From the NCBI GenBank assembly GCA_963737065.1, contig CAVTRC010000002.1, forward strand, positions 192,001 through 256,000: a stretch of DNA of 64,000 nucleotides, in the 5' to 3' direction. A program made the position numbers and the translations under genes. The notes under the pieces are model-generated. The model was not told the DNA's origin. It worked only from the letters and a program-made list of their open reading frames with translations, and ran no database searches. Source of the stretch: Candidatus Eremiobacteria bacterium (GTDB lineage: Bacteria; Vulcanimicrobiota; Vulcanimicrobiia; Vulcanimicrobiales; Vulcanimicrobiaceae). Within the stretch, counting starts at the first letter, position 1, and the number at the start of each line of letters is the position of its first letter. Positions 10,616 to 20,099 of this stretch are shown here, in pieces.

Positions 10616-13132
10616 ATGATCGTAAAGGGCGAGCCCACCCATCATGTTTCCCCGGAAAAGCGACTACCGAGCTATCGCGTAAACGCCGAACGGCTCGGCA
10701 TGGCGTGCAGTCTTGGCAATTCGAGCATCTGGGTGAACACAAAAAGTACCGGCGATATCGAACGTGTCTTCTGCGTCACCGAAGGAGTGGTCGCGATCGG
10801 TTCCATTTGCGTTCGATACGGGGTTGTCGGCAGACCGTTACGCGAGCTGTGGATGCAGCACGAGGAGGATCCGAGCGGACGAATATATTCCGCGCTGAGC
10901 ACGGACGGTACGACCGTGGAATTCGAAATCCATCCCGCATATCAGCGTCGTACGTTCACGCTCGCAGGCGCATTACGCGTTGAAGAAACGACGTTTGTAC
11001 CGCTGCTTGGACATGCAGAGGCGAGAAACGATCCGCCGATCGTGTACCAACATATCCACATTCATAACATCAGCGATACCGAACACGATATCCGCGTTGC
11101 GGGGTACGCGCGGCTGCGTGGCAATACGCAGGACGATGTCCTGGCGGACATGGACGACGATGTATTGGGACTGATCGCCTATAATCGGAATAATCCGTCG
11201 CTCGTGCGCGTGTTTGCAATGACGGAAAAGCCGAGTTCTTTCGAATCGAGCTTCGACTTCGGCGCGGTCTACCACACCTCACACATGCACCCATTACGTG
11301 GAACCACGCAAGCGCACGGGGACATTTTGGGAGCGTTGCAGCTCGAAATACAGCTCCAACCGGACGAACATAGACGGTTCGCCTTCAAAGCGGCGGTCTA
11401 TGGCAACGGTACGGAAGCCGCGAAGCAAAGTTTTTCGCAAACCATTTCCGGTCGGGATGCGTTGACGGAAACGATTGGCAATCTCGAAGAAGTGATTCAC
11501 CGCTCCGAGGTCGTCACGCCCGACGAAGTGATCAATGACGGAGCATTGTGGGCGAAAGTCAACATGCGGCGCGTCATGGCGAACTATCCCACGGGGTGGC
11601 TTTTTACAAACGATCCAGGCGTAACGTCAAACGTCGTCTGTCGCGATTGCGCGTGGTTTGCCGTCGGAAACGACTACTTTATGCCGTCGTTCTCACGCTC
11701 GCTGCTCGACACGTGGGCAGAGCGGCAATACCCGTCGGGGAAACTCCCGGAATACATGGATGCCTTGTCGGGCGCCGTCGAGGACGATGGGTTGAACATC
11801 AATGACGACACGCCGCTTTTTATTATGGCGGCGAGCCATCACTACCGCTCGAGCGGCGACGTCGATTGGCTCCGACGTATCTATCCGTCGCTTGCGAAGG
11901 CCGGACGCTACATCATTTCACAGATGGACGATCGCGACCTCGTCTTTTGCTCGGCGGATGATTCGCGCGGAAACGTATGGGCGATCGCCAGTTGGCGCAA
12001 CATCATCGCGAACTACAAAATCAACGGAGCTGTAACCGAGATCAACTCCGAGTGTGTCGCCGCGCTGCTGAGCTTGGCGCATCTCTCCGAACGCATAGAC
12101 GGTGCCGCGGTCGACGCTTCCACGTTTGCCGATGCCTCGGCTCGAATCCGAAGTGCGATGGCAACGCACCTCATAAACCCCGACAGCGGTCTGTTTTATC
12201 TCAACGTGGACGTCCGCGGCAACGCGCACACCGATGTAACGGGCGATCAGATCTTCCCCGTCATGTTTCACGCGTGCGACGATGAGACGAGTTTTCGTAT
12301 CATCAGTAGACTGAACTCACCGGATTTTTGGACCGACGCGGGCCTACGAACGGCATCGGCGCTGGACCCGCTGTACGATCCGCAGGCGTATGCCGGTTTA
12401 ATCGGGGGCGTTTGGCCCGGCTTGACGTGGTGGTATGCGTTTGCGGCGGCGCGCTACCATCCGGAGTTCATGGTTAAGGCGTTGCGTTCGTCGTTCGAAC
12501 ATTATGCAAAGGATCCGCGACGGTACAACACCGTGCCGGGCCAATTCAGCGAGTGGTTCGATGGAGATTCCTTAGCAAATCGCGGAATGCGTCTAAGCCC
12601 GTGGGAGCCGCCGCGCTTCCTTTGGGCTGCCATCGAAGGCGTTTGCGGGCTCACGCTGAGCGCAGATGTGCCGCAGATCAACCCGCTGGTTCCCGAAAAT
12701 TGGAAATGGCTCGCGCTGCGGCGACTTCGGTACCACGGTCAAGAGATTGCATACTTTGCCGTCCGCGTGAAGGGCTCGTTTCAATTGTTCACAACGTGCG
12801 AGATCGATACCGCCCACCCGCACTACGTCTACGATCGCGACATCTCCGATAGCGTGCCGATGTTCTCGCGCACCTCTCGTGCGGTGGCTTTTGAACGCGA
12901 CCGCGAAATCGTTATACTTGTCGGTAACGCGGGTAACGTCACGACGAACGTTCCCATGGATCTCTCTGCCATTTTGGACGCGAGCGCCAAGTATCACACG
13001 CGCATCTACAACTCTGAACGCGACGATTGGGAAACCGACGAGGTGTTAGCACGTAATCAGATCTGCGCGGTTACGGCAACGATCGAAAGCCAGGGTTATC
13101 GGGTCCTCCACTTCACGCGCGTCGACGAGTGA
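10616..13132 (+). CDS. (alpha/alpha)6 glycoside hydrolase, amylo-alpha-1,6-glucosidase/GH116-like
   Basis: VCRDCAW, DDTPLFI, WLRRIYP, GGVWPG, PGQFSEWFDG motifs; probable ATG at 10616. Confidence 0.75.
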   Translation: MIVKGEPTHHVSPEKRLPSYRVNAERLGMACSLGNSSIWVNTKSTGDIERVFCVTEGVVAIGSICVRYGVVGRPLRELWMQHEEDPSGRIYSALSTDGTTVEFEIHPAYQRRTFTLAGALRVEETTFVPLLGHAEARNDPPIVYQHIHIHNISDTEHDIRVAGYARLRGNTQDDVLADMDDDVLGLIAYNRNNPSLVRVFAMTEKPSSFESSFDFGAVYHTSHMHPLRGTTQAHGDILGALQLEIQLQPDEHRRFAFKAAVYGNGTEAAKQSFSQTISGRDALTETIGNLEEVIHRSEVVTPDEVINDGALWAKVNMRRVMANYPTGWLFTNDPGVTSNVVCRDCAWFAVGNDYFMPSFSRSLLDTWAERQYPSGKLPEYMDALSGAVEDDGLNINDDTPLFIMAASHHYRSSGDVDWLRRIYPSLAKAGRYIISQMDDRDLVFCSADDSRGNVWAIASWRNIIANYKINGAVTEINSECVAALLSLAHLSERIDGAAVDASTFADASARIRSAMATHLINPDSGLFYLNVDVRGNAHTDVTGDQIFPVMFHACDDETSFRIISRLNSPDFWTDAGLRTASALDPLYDPQAYAGLIGGVWPGLTWWYAFAAARYHPEFMVKALRSSFEHYAKDPRRYNTVPGQFSEWFDGDSLANRGMRLSPWEPPRFLWAAIEGVCGLTLSADVPQINPLVPENWKWLALRRLRYHGQEIAYFAVRVKGSFQLFTTCEIDTAHPHYVYDRDISDSVPMFSRTSRAVAFERDREIVILVGNAGNVTTNVPMDLSAILDASAKYHTRIYNSERDDWETDEVLARNQICAVTATIESQGYRVLHFTRVDE

Positions 13133-13184
13133 AAGTCGTCGCTTCAGGCGGAATCCGCGGCCGGCTCGTCGTAGAAGTACGCCC

Positions 13185-13514
13185 GTGACTATGTCGCGGG
13201 TTTCTTTTGCGCATGAGAGTGAGGCGTCGCTGGCGCGGCTGTTCGATTTCTACCGTATCGCGTGGGAATACGAGCCCCGCTCCTTTCCCATCGCGTGGAA
13301 TAGCGACGGCAAAGCCGTCGCCTTTTTTACGCCCGATTTCTATCTGCCCGAATACGATCTCTATATCGAACTCACCGTAGCAAAGCCGGCGCTGAACACA
13401 CGCAAGAATCGCAAAATGCGCTTATTGCGCGAACATCATCCGCACGTTCGGGTGAAACTCTTCACGCGCCGCGACGCGGAGCGCATCTTCGCGCGCATCC
13501 CGCGAGCCGCATGA
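13185..13514 (+). CDS. PD-(D/E)xK / T7 endonuclease I-like small protein
   Basis: FAHESE...WEYEP...FTPDFYLPEYDLYIELT; stop overlaps the hpt start (ATGA). Confidence 0.7.
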   Translation: MTMSRVSFAHESEASLARLFDFYRIAWEYEPRSFPIAWNSDGKAVAFFTPDFYLPEYDLYIELTVAKPALNTRKNRKMRLLREHHPHVRVKLFTRRDAERIFARIPRAA

Positions 13515-14020
13515 TCGGCGAAGTACTCTTCGACGCTGCTGCGATCGACCGCCGCGTGCGCGAGCTCGGCGCAGCGATATCGCGGGACTACGAGGGCAAA
13601 CTGCCCGTGCTCATTGGCGTGCTCAACGCTGCCGCGCCATTTCTTGCCGACCTCACGCGTGCGGTGTCGATTCCATGTGAATTCGATGTTATCGCCGTTA
13701 CGAAATTCAGCGACGTGGAGGGGATCAAATTCCAAAAAGACACTTCAGCATCCATTGAGGGTCGGCACATTATTCTTGTCGAGGACACGGTCGACACCGG
13801 CATGACGCTCGGGTACGTAGTCAAGGCGCTGCTTGCACGCCAGCCTGCGTCTCTCGCGGTTTGCACGCTGCTAGATCGTCCTACGCGCAGAATTGCCGAT
13901 ATACAGATTAGGTACCGGGGCTTTGAGGTCCCCGATGTTTACGTGGTGGGCTACGGACTTGACTACTTGGGACGATACCGCGAACTCCAAGCGCTCTACG
14001 CGCATGGTGCCTGGCCGTGA
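13511..14020 (+). CDS. hpt: hypoxanthine phosphoribosyltransferase (divergent)
   Basis: PRPP loop ILVEDTVDTGMTL and C-terminal YVVGYGLDY..RYREL. Confidence 0.85.
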   Translation: MIGEVLFDAAAIDRRVRELGAAISRDYEGKLPVLIGVLNAAAPFLADLTRAVSIPCEFDVIAVTKFSDVEGIKFQKDTSASIEGRHIILVEDTVDTGMTLGYVVKALLARQPASLAVCTLLDRPTRRIADIQIRYRGFEVPDVYVVGYGLDYLGRYRELQALYAHGAWP

Positions 14021-15330
14021 CTAGATGGATGCGCGCCGTCGCGGCGCTCGCTTCGCTCGTTCTCGTCCTGTTGCCGCTGCGGGGCCCCTCGCTCGAGTTG
14101 CAGTCAATCGCTCGCGCCGCGGCCGATTATAAGAACTCAAACCCGCGGCTCGAGCAGATGTTCCGCTCGGCGCTGCTCGATACGGGGAAATTGGCCGAGT
14201 ACGCGCCCGACGGCACGGCCTATATCAAAACGGGTGACATACCTGCGGAATGGCTTCGCGATGCGAGCGCGCAGGCGCGACCGTATTTATTTTTTGCGAA
14301 GGACGATCCCGACACGCGAGCGCTCTTGCGCGCGATCATCGCGCGCATGACGAAGTACTTGCAAGTCGATCCGTACGCGAATGCGTTTACGATCGACTAT
14401 CGCGTATGGGAACAGAAGTTTGAGCTCGACTCACTCGCGTATCCCGTGACGCTTGCATGGAGTTACTGGAAAACGACCGGTGATGCGTCGGTCTTCACGC
14501 CCGATTATCAGAAGGCTCTTGATTCGATCCTCGCGACGATGCAGCGCGAACAAGATCATCCGCGCGACTCGCGCTACGGTCACAAAGAGCTCTCGAACGA
14601 CGGCAGAGGCCGCCCGACCGGCTACACCGGCATGATTTGGACCGGCTTTCGCCCGTCGGATGATGCCTGCTACTACAACTTCCTCATTCCCTCGGAGATG
14701 TTCGCGGTCGTCGCACTCGGCGACATGGCGGAGATCGAACGCGACATCTATCACAACGTCATCAAGGCGAACGAAGCGAAGTCGCTGCGCGATGAGGTGC
14801 AACGCGGCATCCAGACGTACGGTCTCGTGCTCGTGCCGAAATACGGCTACATCTACGCGTACGAAGTCGACGGTCTCGGACACGCGATCCTAACGGACGA
14901 CGCGAACATTCCGAGCCTGCTGTCCGCGCCGTACATCGGCTACACCGTGCCGAACGATCGCTACTACGACAACACGCGCCGCTTCCTACTCTCGCAAGAC
15001 AATCCGTCGTTCTATCAAGGCTCCGTCGCGCGCGGCATCGGCAGCTGGCATACACCCGACCACTGGATCTGGCCGCTCGCGCTCATTATGCAAGGCTTGA
15101 CCGCAACGACGGAATCGGAAAAACAAGACGTTCTCGGCCAGCTCCTCGCGAGCGATCCGGGCGATCACCTATTGCACGAGTCGTTCGATCCGAACGACCC
15201 AAAGCGTTTCACACGTGCGGATTTCGGTTGGCCGAACGCCCTCTTCTCGGAGTTCGTGATGACGCAGCTCCAAGGCGTAAACGAAATCCCAATGGGTGAC
15301 ACGTCGGACCTAGAGTTTCGCTCAGAATAA
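14017..15330 (+). CDS. GH125 exo-alpha-1,6-mannosidase-like glycoside hydrolase, secreted
   Basis: TGDIPAEWLRD, DPYANAF, WEQKFELDSL, FRPSDDAC, DDANIPSLL, FGWPN; N-terminal signal peptide. Confidence 0.9.
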   Translation: MTRWMRAVAALASLVLVLLPLRGPSLELQSIARAAADYKNSNPRLEQMFRSALLDTGKLAEYAPDGTAYIKTGDIPAEWLRDASAQARPYLFFAKDDPDTRALLRAIIARMTKYLQVDPYANAFTIDYRVWEQKFELDSLAYPVTLAWSYWKTTGDASVFTPDYQKALDSILATMQREQDHPRDSRYGHKELSNDGRGRPTGYTGMIWTGFRPSDDACYYNFLIPSEMFAVVALGDMAEIERDIYHNVIKANEAKSLRDEVQRGIQTYGLVLVPKYGYIYAYEVDGLGHAILTDDANIPSLLSAPYIGYTVPNDRYYDNTRRFLLSQDNPSFYQGSVARGIGSWHTPDHWIWPLALIMQGLTATTESEKQDVLGQLLASDPGDHLLHESFDPNDPKRFTRADFGWPNALFSEFVMTQLQGVNEIPMGDTSDLEFRSE

Positions 15331-15347
15331 TCAGTGTGGAGGCGGTC

Positions 15348-15513
15348 CCCGTATCGGGTGTGGCGTGAGCCTCACATAGCGCGCGGGGCGTGTGAGGAGG
15401 AGCGGGCGCACGATGCGCTGGAGCGACGACGAGGCGAGGCCGTTTTTTCACACGAGGTGAAAAAACGGGCGTCCCCGCGCGCTATGTGAGGCTCACGCCG
15501 CACCCGATACGGG
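15348..15513. repeat. 166-bp palindromic element: 41-bp terminal inverted repeats enclosing a 12-bp hairpin
   Basis: 15348-15388 is the reverse complement of 15473-15513 apart from one G:U position. Inner hairpin CCGTTTTTTCAC-acgag-GTGAAAAAACGG at 15440-15468. Confidence 0.9.
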
Positions 15514-15558
15514 TGCCAGGCGGAATGTTTCGCCGTTGCTTCGTACCCCACACCTGTT

Positions 15559-16809
15559 ATGGCTAAGGCGGATGTCGTCGTTGGGATTCAGTGGGGCGAC
15601 GAGGGCAAAGGGCGCATCGTTGACTTGTACGCGCGTGAATACGACATCGTCGCGCGGTTCGGCGGCGGCGATAATGCGGGGCATCAAATCAAGGTCGGCG
15701 ATACCGACATTGCGCTTCGCATCGTTCCTTCGGGTGTGCTAAATCCGCATGTAGAATTGTTTATCGGCGGCGGCACTGTCGTCAGCCTCACTGGACTGTT
15801 GGATGAGCTCGATCGGCTTGCCGCAATTGGCATCGATACTTCTCGGGTGAAGATTTCGGATCGGGCGCATATCGTGTTTCCGTATCATGGCGCGACGGAT
15901 CGCGCGACCGAACGCAGCCGGGGAAGCGCTGCGATCGGAACGACCGGACGCGGCATCGGCCCCGCGTATGTTGACAAGGTCGCGCGAAGCGGCATTACGT
16001 TCGCGGATTTGCGACGGCCGGAGGCGCTTGCCGATAAGGTTCGTGCGAACCTCAATCGTGTTGCGTCGGTCGACGGTGAAGCGCTGCCGGGGGAGGCGGA
16101 TCTCGTCGCGCAGACGCTCGCATCGGCGGCTCGGCTTGCACCGCACGTTGTGGACGGCGTTGCGTACATCCATGAAAACTTAGAGCGCAATACGCGCGTG
16201 TTGATTGAAGGTGCGCAAGGTTCGCTGTTGGATGTCGGATACGGAACGTACCCGTACGTCACGAGTTCGCATACGATCGCGGGCGGCGCGTGCACGGGGC
16301 TCGGGATCGGGCCGACCGCAATCGGACGTGTGATCGGCGTGGTGAAAGCCTACTGCACGCGCGTCGGAGCCGGGCCGTTTCCCTCGGAGTTGCACGACGG
16401 AACCGGGGAACGATTGCGCGTGGCGGGCGGCGAGTTCGGCACGGTCACCGGTCGTCCACGTCGTTGCGGATGGTTCGATGCCGTCGCCGGGAGGTACGCG
16501 GTTCGATTGAACGGACTCTCCGCCGTCGCGGTCACGAAGCTCGACGTACTCAGTGGCTTCGAGCGCATCGGCATCGTTACGGAGTACCGTATCAACGATA
16601 CACCGGCCACGTTCGCCGATGCCGGAGCAGCGGGTTTGGACGTCGTGATCGAGCAGATGGACGGATGGAGCGAACCGATTGCTGACGTGCGTTCGATCGA
16701 CGATTTGCCGCAAGCAGCCCGGCGATACATCGCCCGGATAGAAGAGCTGCTGAGCGTGCCGATCGAATTAGTTTCCGTAGGACGGGAACGGTCGCAACTC
16801 GCTCGTTGA
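15559..16809 (+). CDS. purA: adenylosuccinate synthetase
   Basis: QWGDEGKG, GGDNAGH, IGTTGRGIGPAY, EGAQG, GTVTGRPRRCGW. Confidence 0.97.
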   Translation: MAKADVVVGIQWGDEGKGRIVDLYAREYDIVARFGGGDNAGHQIKVGDTDIALRIVPSGVLNPHVELFIGGGTVVSLTGLLDELDRLAAIGIDTSRVKISDRAHIVFPYHGATDRATERSRGSAAIGTTGRGIGPAYVDKVARSGITFADLRRPEALADKVRANLNRVASVDGEALPGEADLVAQTLASAARLAPHVVDGVAYIHENLERNTRVLIEGAQGSLLDVGYGTYPYVTSSHTIAGGACTGLGIGPTAIGRVIGVVKAYCTRVGAGPFPSELHDGTGERLRVAGGEFGTVTGRPRRCGWFDAVAGRYAVRLNGLSAVAVTKLDVLSGFERIGIVTEYRINDTPATFADAGAAGLDVVIEQMDGWSEPIADVRSIDDLPQAARRYIARIEELLSVPIELVSVGRERSQLAR

Positions 16810-16854
16810 GCGGCAACGGTTCGTGAAGATTTTGTGGAAGTAGGCAACCTTCGT

Positions 16855-16881
16855 TAAAGCGATTGGGACCCTTACCGATAT
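16855..16881 (+). promoter_or_regulatory. sigma28 (FliA/SigD)-type promoter upstream of fliF
   Basis: TAAA-N15-ACCGATAT versus the consensus TAAA-N15-GCCGATA(A/T). Confidence 0.7.
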
Positions 16882-16983
16882 TCGGGATAGTAGTCTGCTG
16901 GCTCATCCAACGGACTTCTCCCACGTTGGACATGGACGTCCAGCGCTGCAGGCCAAGGTCGGCTCGAAGAATTAAGGTAGATC

Positions 16984-18675
16984 TTGGATCGTTTTACGTC
17001 CGTCTTGTCGGGCATTACGCCGCGCCTGCAGCAGATTTGGCAAAGCCAAAATCGCCAAACGCGCGTCATTTCGGTGCTCGGCATTTCCGTGCTGCTCCTC
17101 GGCATTCTCGCTTTGGGGTGGCTTGAATTCGGACGTCAGCCGGCCTACGATACGCTGTTTTCGAATCTGTCCAGCGACGACGCCGCAGCCGTGACGCAGA
17201 AGCTCAAGGACGACAAGGTTCCCTACCATCTGTCGGCCGACGGCAAAACGGTCTCCGTTCCGGAGCAGTACGTGAGCGACGAGCGGGTCGCAATCGCCGG
17301 CTCGAATATGATCAAGGGCGGCGGCACCGGTTACGAACTGTTCGATCGTACGAACTTCGGCATGACCGATTTCCAAGAAAAGATTGCGAAGACGCGCGCG
17401 GTCGAAGGCGAGCTGCAGCGCACGATCAACGGACTCGATCCGGTAGAGTCTTCGCGCGTCAATATAGCGGCGCCGGAACAATCGCTCTATACGTCGACGC
17501 AAGATCCTACGACCGCATCGGTTGCGATCAAAACGAAGCCGGGGCAGTCGCTCTCGCCGGATCAAGTGAAAGGAATTACGGCGCTCGTTTCCGGCGCCGT
17601 AGCCGGGCTCAAGCCCGAAAACGTTACGATTGTCAATCAAGACGGTCAGATTTTGCTTCCCGGCGCCGGTCCAACCGCAGCCGGCAGTGACGGGTCGAGT
17701 ACCGACGCGCTGAAACTGACGCAAGAGCAGCTTCTCGCGAAAGAACGCTACGAGTCGACGCTGCAGCAGAGCGTACAGTCGATGCTCGACGATACGCTTG
17801 GCAAAAAGCGCGCGATCGCTCGCGTTTCGACCAAAATGGACTTCGACGCGCAAACGTCGGAAAGCAAAGTCTACGCGCCGCAAGGTACGGTCCTCTCGCA
17901 GCAGACGGAGCGGGAAGCGTATAACGGAACGCAGCCGGTTCGTAATCCGGCAATGGGCGTTCCCGGTACGACGTCAAATATCGGCACCTATCAAGCGCCG
18001 GCGCAGCAGACGGCAAACGGCCGGTACAATCGTTCGAAGTCGACGACGAACTACGACATATCGGAACAGAACATCAAGCACATCAATGCGCCGGGCAAAG
18101 TGTTGCAGACGAGCGTGGCCGTTCTCGTTGATTCTTCCGCGCAAGCGACGGCCGGTACGAACGGCACGCCGCTGCCGATCGGCGCAGCGAACGCGCAGAC
18201 GTATCGGCTGACGCTCGCGAACGTGCAACAGATCCGCAATAGTGTCATTGCGGCGGCCGACTTGAACCTCGCGCAAGGCGATCAAGTTTCGGTCGAAGCG
18301 ATTCCCTTCAACCCCTCCGTAACCGCGAGCGGTTCGCCCTCTTCAGTCACGACGACGGTTCTGGGCATTCCGGTCTGGGCGTTGATTGTCGTCGGCGGTA
18401 TCGCTGCCCTCGCCGGCATCGGTCTCCTCGCGATGCGCTCGCGCCGCAAAGGGTTCATGCCGAGCATGGAGCTGCCGTCGTTCGATACGTCGCTCGCCGA
18501 GGAGCTGCCGCCGTTTGAAGAGCATCCGATTCTCGAAAGCGCTCCGGGCGTCGCCGCGCCGATTCGTTCCGCGGCGGATCTGACACGCGAGCAGATGATC
18601 GAGTACGTCACGACCGTGGCGCAAGAAACCCCTGATTCCATTGCCAAACTCGTCAAACTGTGGCTGGCGGAATAA
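16984..18675 (+). CDS. fliF: flagellar MS-ring protein
   Basis: Two TM segments; LFSNL, GYELFD..NFGMTDF, EGELQRTI, TASV, V.GL.PENVTIV. Confidence 0.96.
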   Translation: MDRFTSVLSGITPRLQQIWQSQNRQTRVISVLGISVLLLGILALGWLEFGRQPAYDTLFSNLSSDDAAAVTQKLKDDKVPYHLSADGKTVSVPEQYVSDERVAIAGSNMIKGGGTGYELFDRTNFGMTDFQEKIAKTRAVEGELQRTINGLDPVESSRVNIAAPEQSLYTSTQDPTTASVAIKTKPGQSLSPDQVKGITALVSGAVAGLKPENVTIVNQDGQILLPGAGPTAAGSDGSSTDALKLTQEQLLAKERYESTLQQSVQSMLDDTLGKKRAIARVSTKMDFDAQTSESKVYAPQGTVLSQQTEREAYNGTQPVRNPAMGVPGTTSNIGTYQAPAQQTANGRYNRSKSTTNYDISEQNIKHINAPGKVLQTSVAVLVDSSAQATAGTNGTPLPIGAANAQTYRLTLANVQQIRNSVIAAADLNLAQGDQVSVEAIPFNPSVTASGSPSSVTTTVLGIPVWALIVVGGIAALAGIGLLAMRSRRKGFMPSMELPSFDTSLAEELPPFEEHPILESAPGVAAPIRSAADLTREQMIEYVTTVAQETPDSIAKLVKLWLAE

Positions 18676-19767
18676 ATGAACTTCGAGGTCGAATCGCCGA
18701 TCGTCAATCTCGCCGACTTCGGATCGATGCCGGAGCCGCCGTTCGGCATCATGCCCGAGCAGCCGCAAATCGAAATTTCGGGGCCGGAAAAATCAGCGAT
18801 CTTGTTGATCACGCTCGGGCTCGAACTCTCCGCCACCATCTTCAAATTCTTGCGTCAGGACGAGGTCGAGCGGATCGTCCTCGAGATCGCGAAGATCACC
18901 ACCGTACCGATCGAAAAGCGCGACGCGGTCATCCAAGAGGCGTATCAGCGCGCGATTGCGCTCAAGTATATCAACGAAGGCGGCATCGAGTACGCCAAGG
19001 AGATTCTGGAGCGCAGCTTCGGTGCGGGTCAAGCCGACGACATGACATCGCGGCTCTTCGCGGCGCTTAAGCACGGCAATCCGCTCGAGCTCATCAAAAA
19101 AACTGAACCGGCGCAGCTGCTGCAGTTCATTCAAGACGAGCATCCTCAGACGATTGCGCTAATTCTCGTGTATATGGTCGCCGAACAAGCCGGTGCGGTG
19201 CTCTCCGCGCTGCCGCCGGATTTGCAGGCGGAAGTTGCGATGCGTATTGCAATCTTGCAGAAAACGGCACCCGAAGTACTCGAACAGCTCGACGAGCTAC
19301 TCGGACGGCGACTGCTCGTCAGCGGCGCGGACTTCGCGAAGGCGGGCGGCGTACAGTCGCTCGCGAACGTGATGAATTTCGTCGATCGCGAAACGGAAAA
19401 GAACATTCTCGACGGTTTGACAAAACGCGACCCGGAACTCGCGCAAGACGTCAAAAATCTGCTTTTCGTCTTCGAAGACATCATCAATCTCGACGACCGC
19501 TCGATTCAGCGCATTCTCAAGGAAGTCGACGGCAAGGATCTCGCGCTCGCACTCAAAGTGGCCAACGAAGAATTGCTCCAGCGCGTCTACAAAAACATGT
19601 CGTCGCGCGCTGCCGTCATGCTCAAAGAAGAGATCGAGTTGCTCGGACCGACGCGCATGCGCGACGTCGGCAAAGCGCAGCAGCAAATCGTCGACGTCAT
19701 CCGCACCCTCGAAGAAAACGGCCAAATCGTCATCGCTCGCGGTGCGAAGGACGAGAGGCTGGTGTAA
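18676..19767 (+). CDS. fliG: flagellar motor switch protein
   Basis: EHPQTIALIL, GGVQSLA, FVFEDI, NMSSRA motifs. Confidence 0.97.
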   Translation: MNFEVESPIVNLADFGSMPEPPFGIMPEQPQIEISGPEKSAILLITLGLELSATIFKFLRQDEVERIVLEIAKITTVPIEKRDAVIQEAYQRAIALKYINEGGIEYAKEILERSFGAGQADDMTSRLFAALKHGNPLELIKKTEPAQLLQFIQDEHPQTIALILVYMVAEQAGAVLSALPPDLQAEVAMRIAILQKTAPEVLEQLDELLGRRLLVSGADFAKAGGVQSLANVMNFVDRETEKNILDGLTKRDPELAQDVKNLLFVFEDIINLDDRSIQRILKEVDGKDLALALKVANEELLQRVYKNMSSRAAVMLKEEIELLGPTRMRDVGKAQQQIVDVIRTLEENGQIVIARGAKDERLV

Positions 19768-19800
19768 TGATGACGTTACTTCAGTTTCCCGTTTTCTTCG

Positions 19801-19922
19801 CCGGGGGCCCCACGCGTATGCGTGGGGGGCGCCCTTCGACTTCGCTCAGGACAGGCTCCGCAGCGCAGCTGCGGAGCGCCGTTCCAATGAGCGGGGTCCC
19901 CGATGTGCGAAGCACATTGGGG
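19801..19922. repeat. GGGGCCCC/GGGGTCCC palindromic element, copy 1, with nested CCCTTCGACTTCGCTCAGGACA REP-like unit
   Basis: Shares ordered blocks with 25500-25589 and 43940-43985; nested unit at 19832-19853. Confidence 0.75.
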
Positions 19923-19925
19923 TGT

Positions 19926-19976
19926 AACGGTCAAATCGTCATCGCTCGCGGTGCGAAGGACGAACGCCTTGTATGA
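19926..19976 (+). repeat. 51-nt duplicate of the fliG 3' end
   Basis: Encodes NGQIVIARGAKDERLV*, as does 19717-19767; the differences are synonymous only. Confidence 0.9.
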
Positions 19977-20099
19977 CCGATGCAATAACGCGTTCGGCGG
20001 CGCCAGCGGTTTCGCGGTCCGCGCACGCCCTTCGGCTGCGATTCGGACAGGCCGCGGCGCCGGTTAGAACCGGTGGGGGTCCATTTGTACGGAGTACGA

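Noticed and set aside
19767..19976. 69-aa ORF ending in the FliG C-terminal peptide
   Set aside because: It is read through a palindromic repeat plus the duplicated tail; most likely not a real gene.
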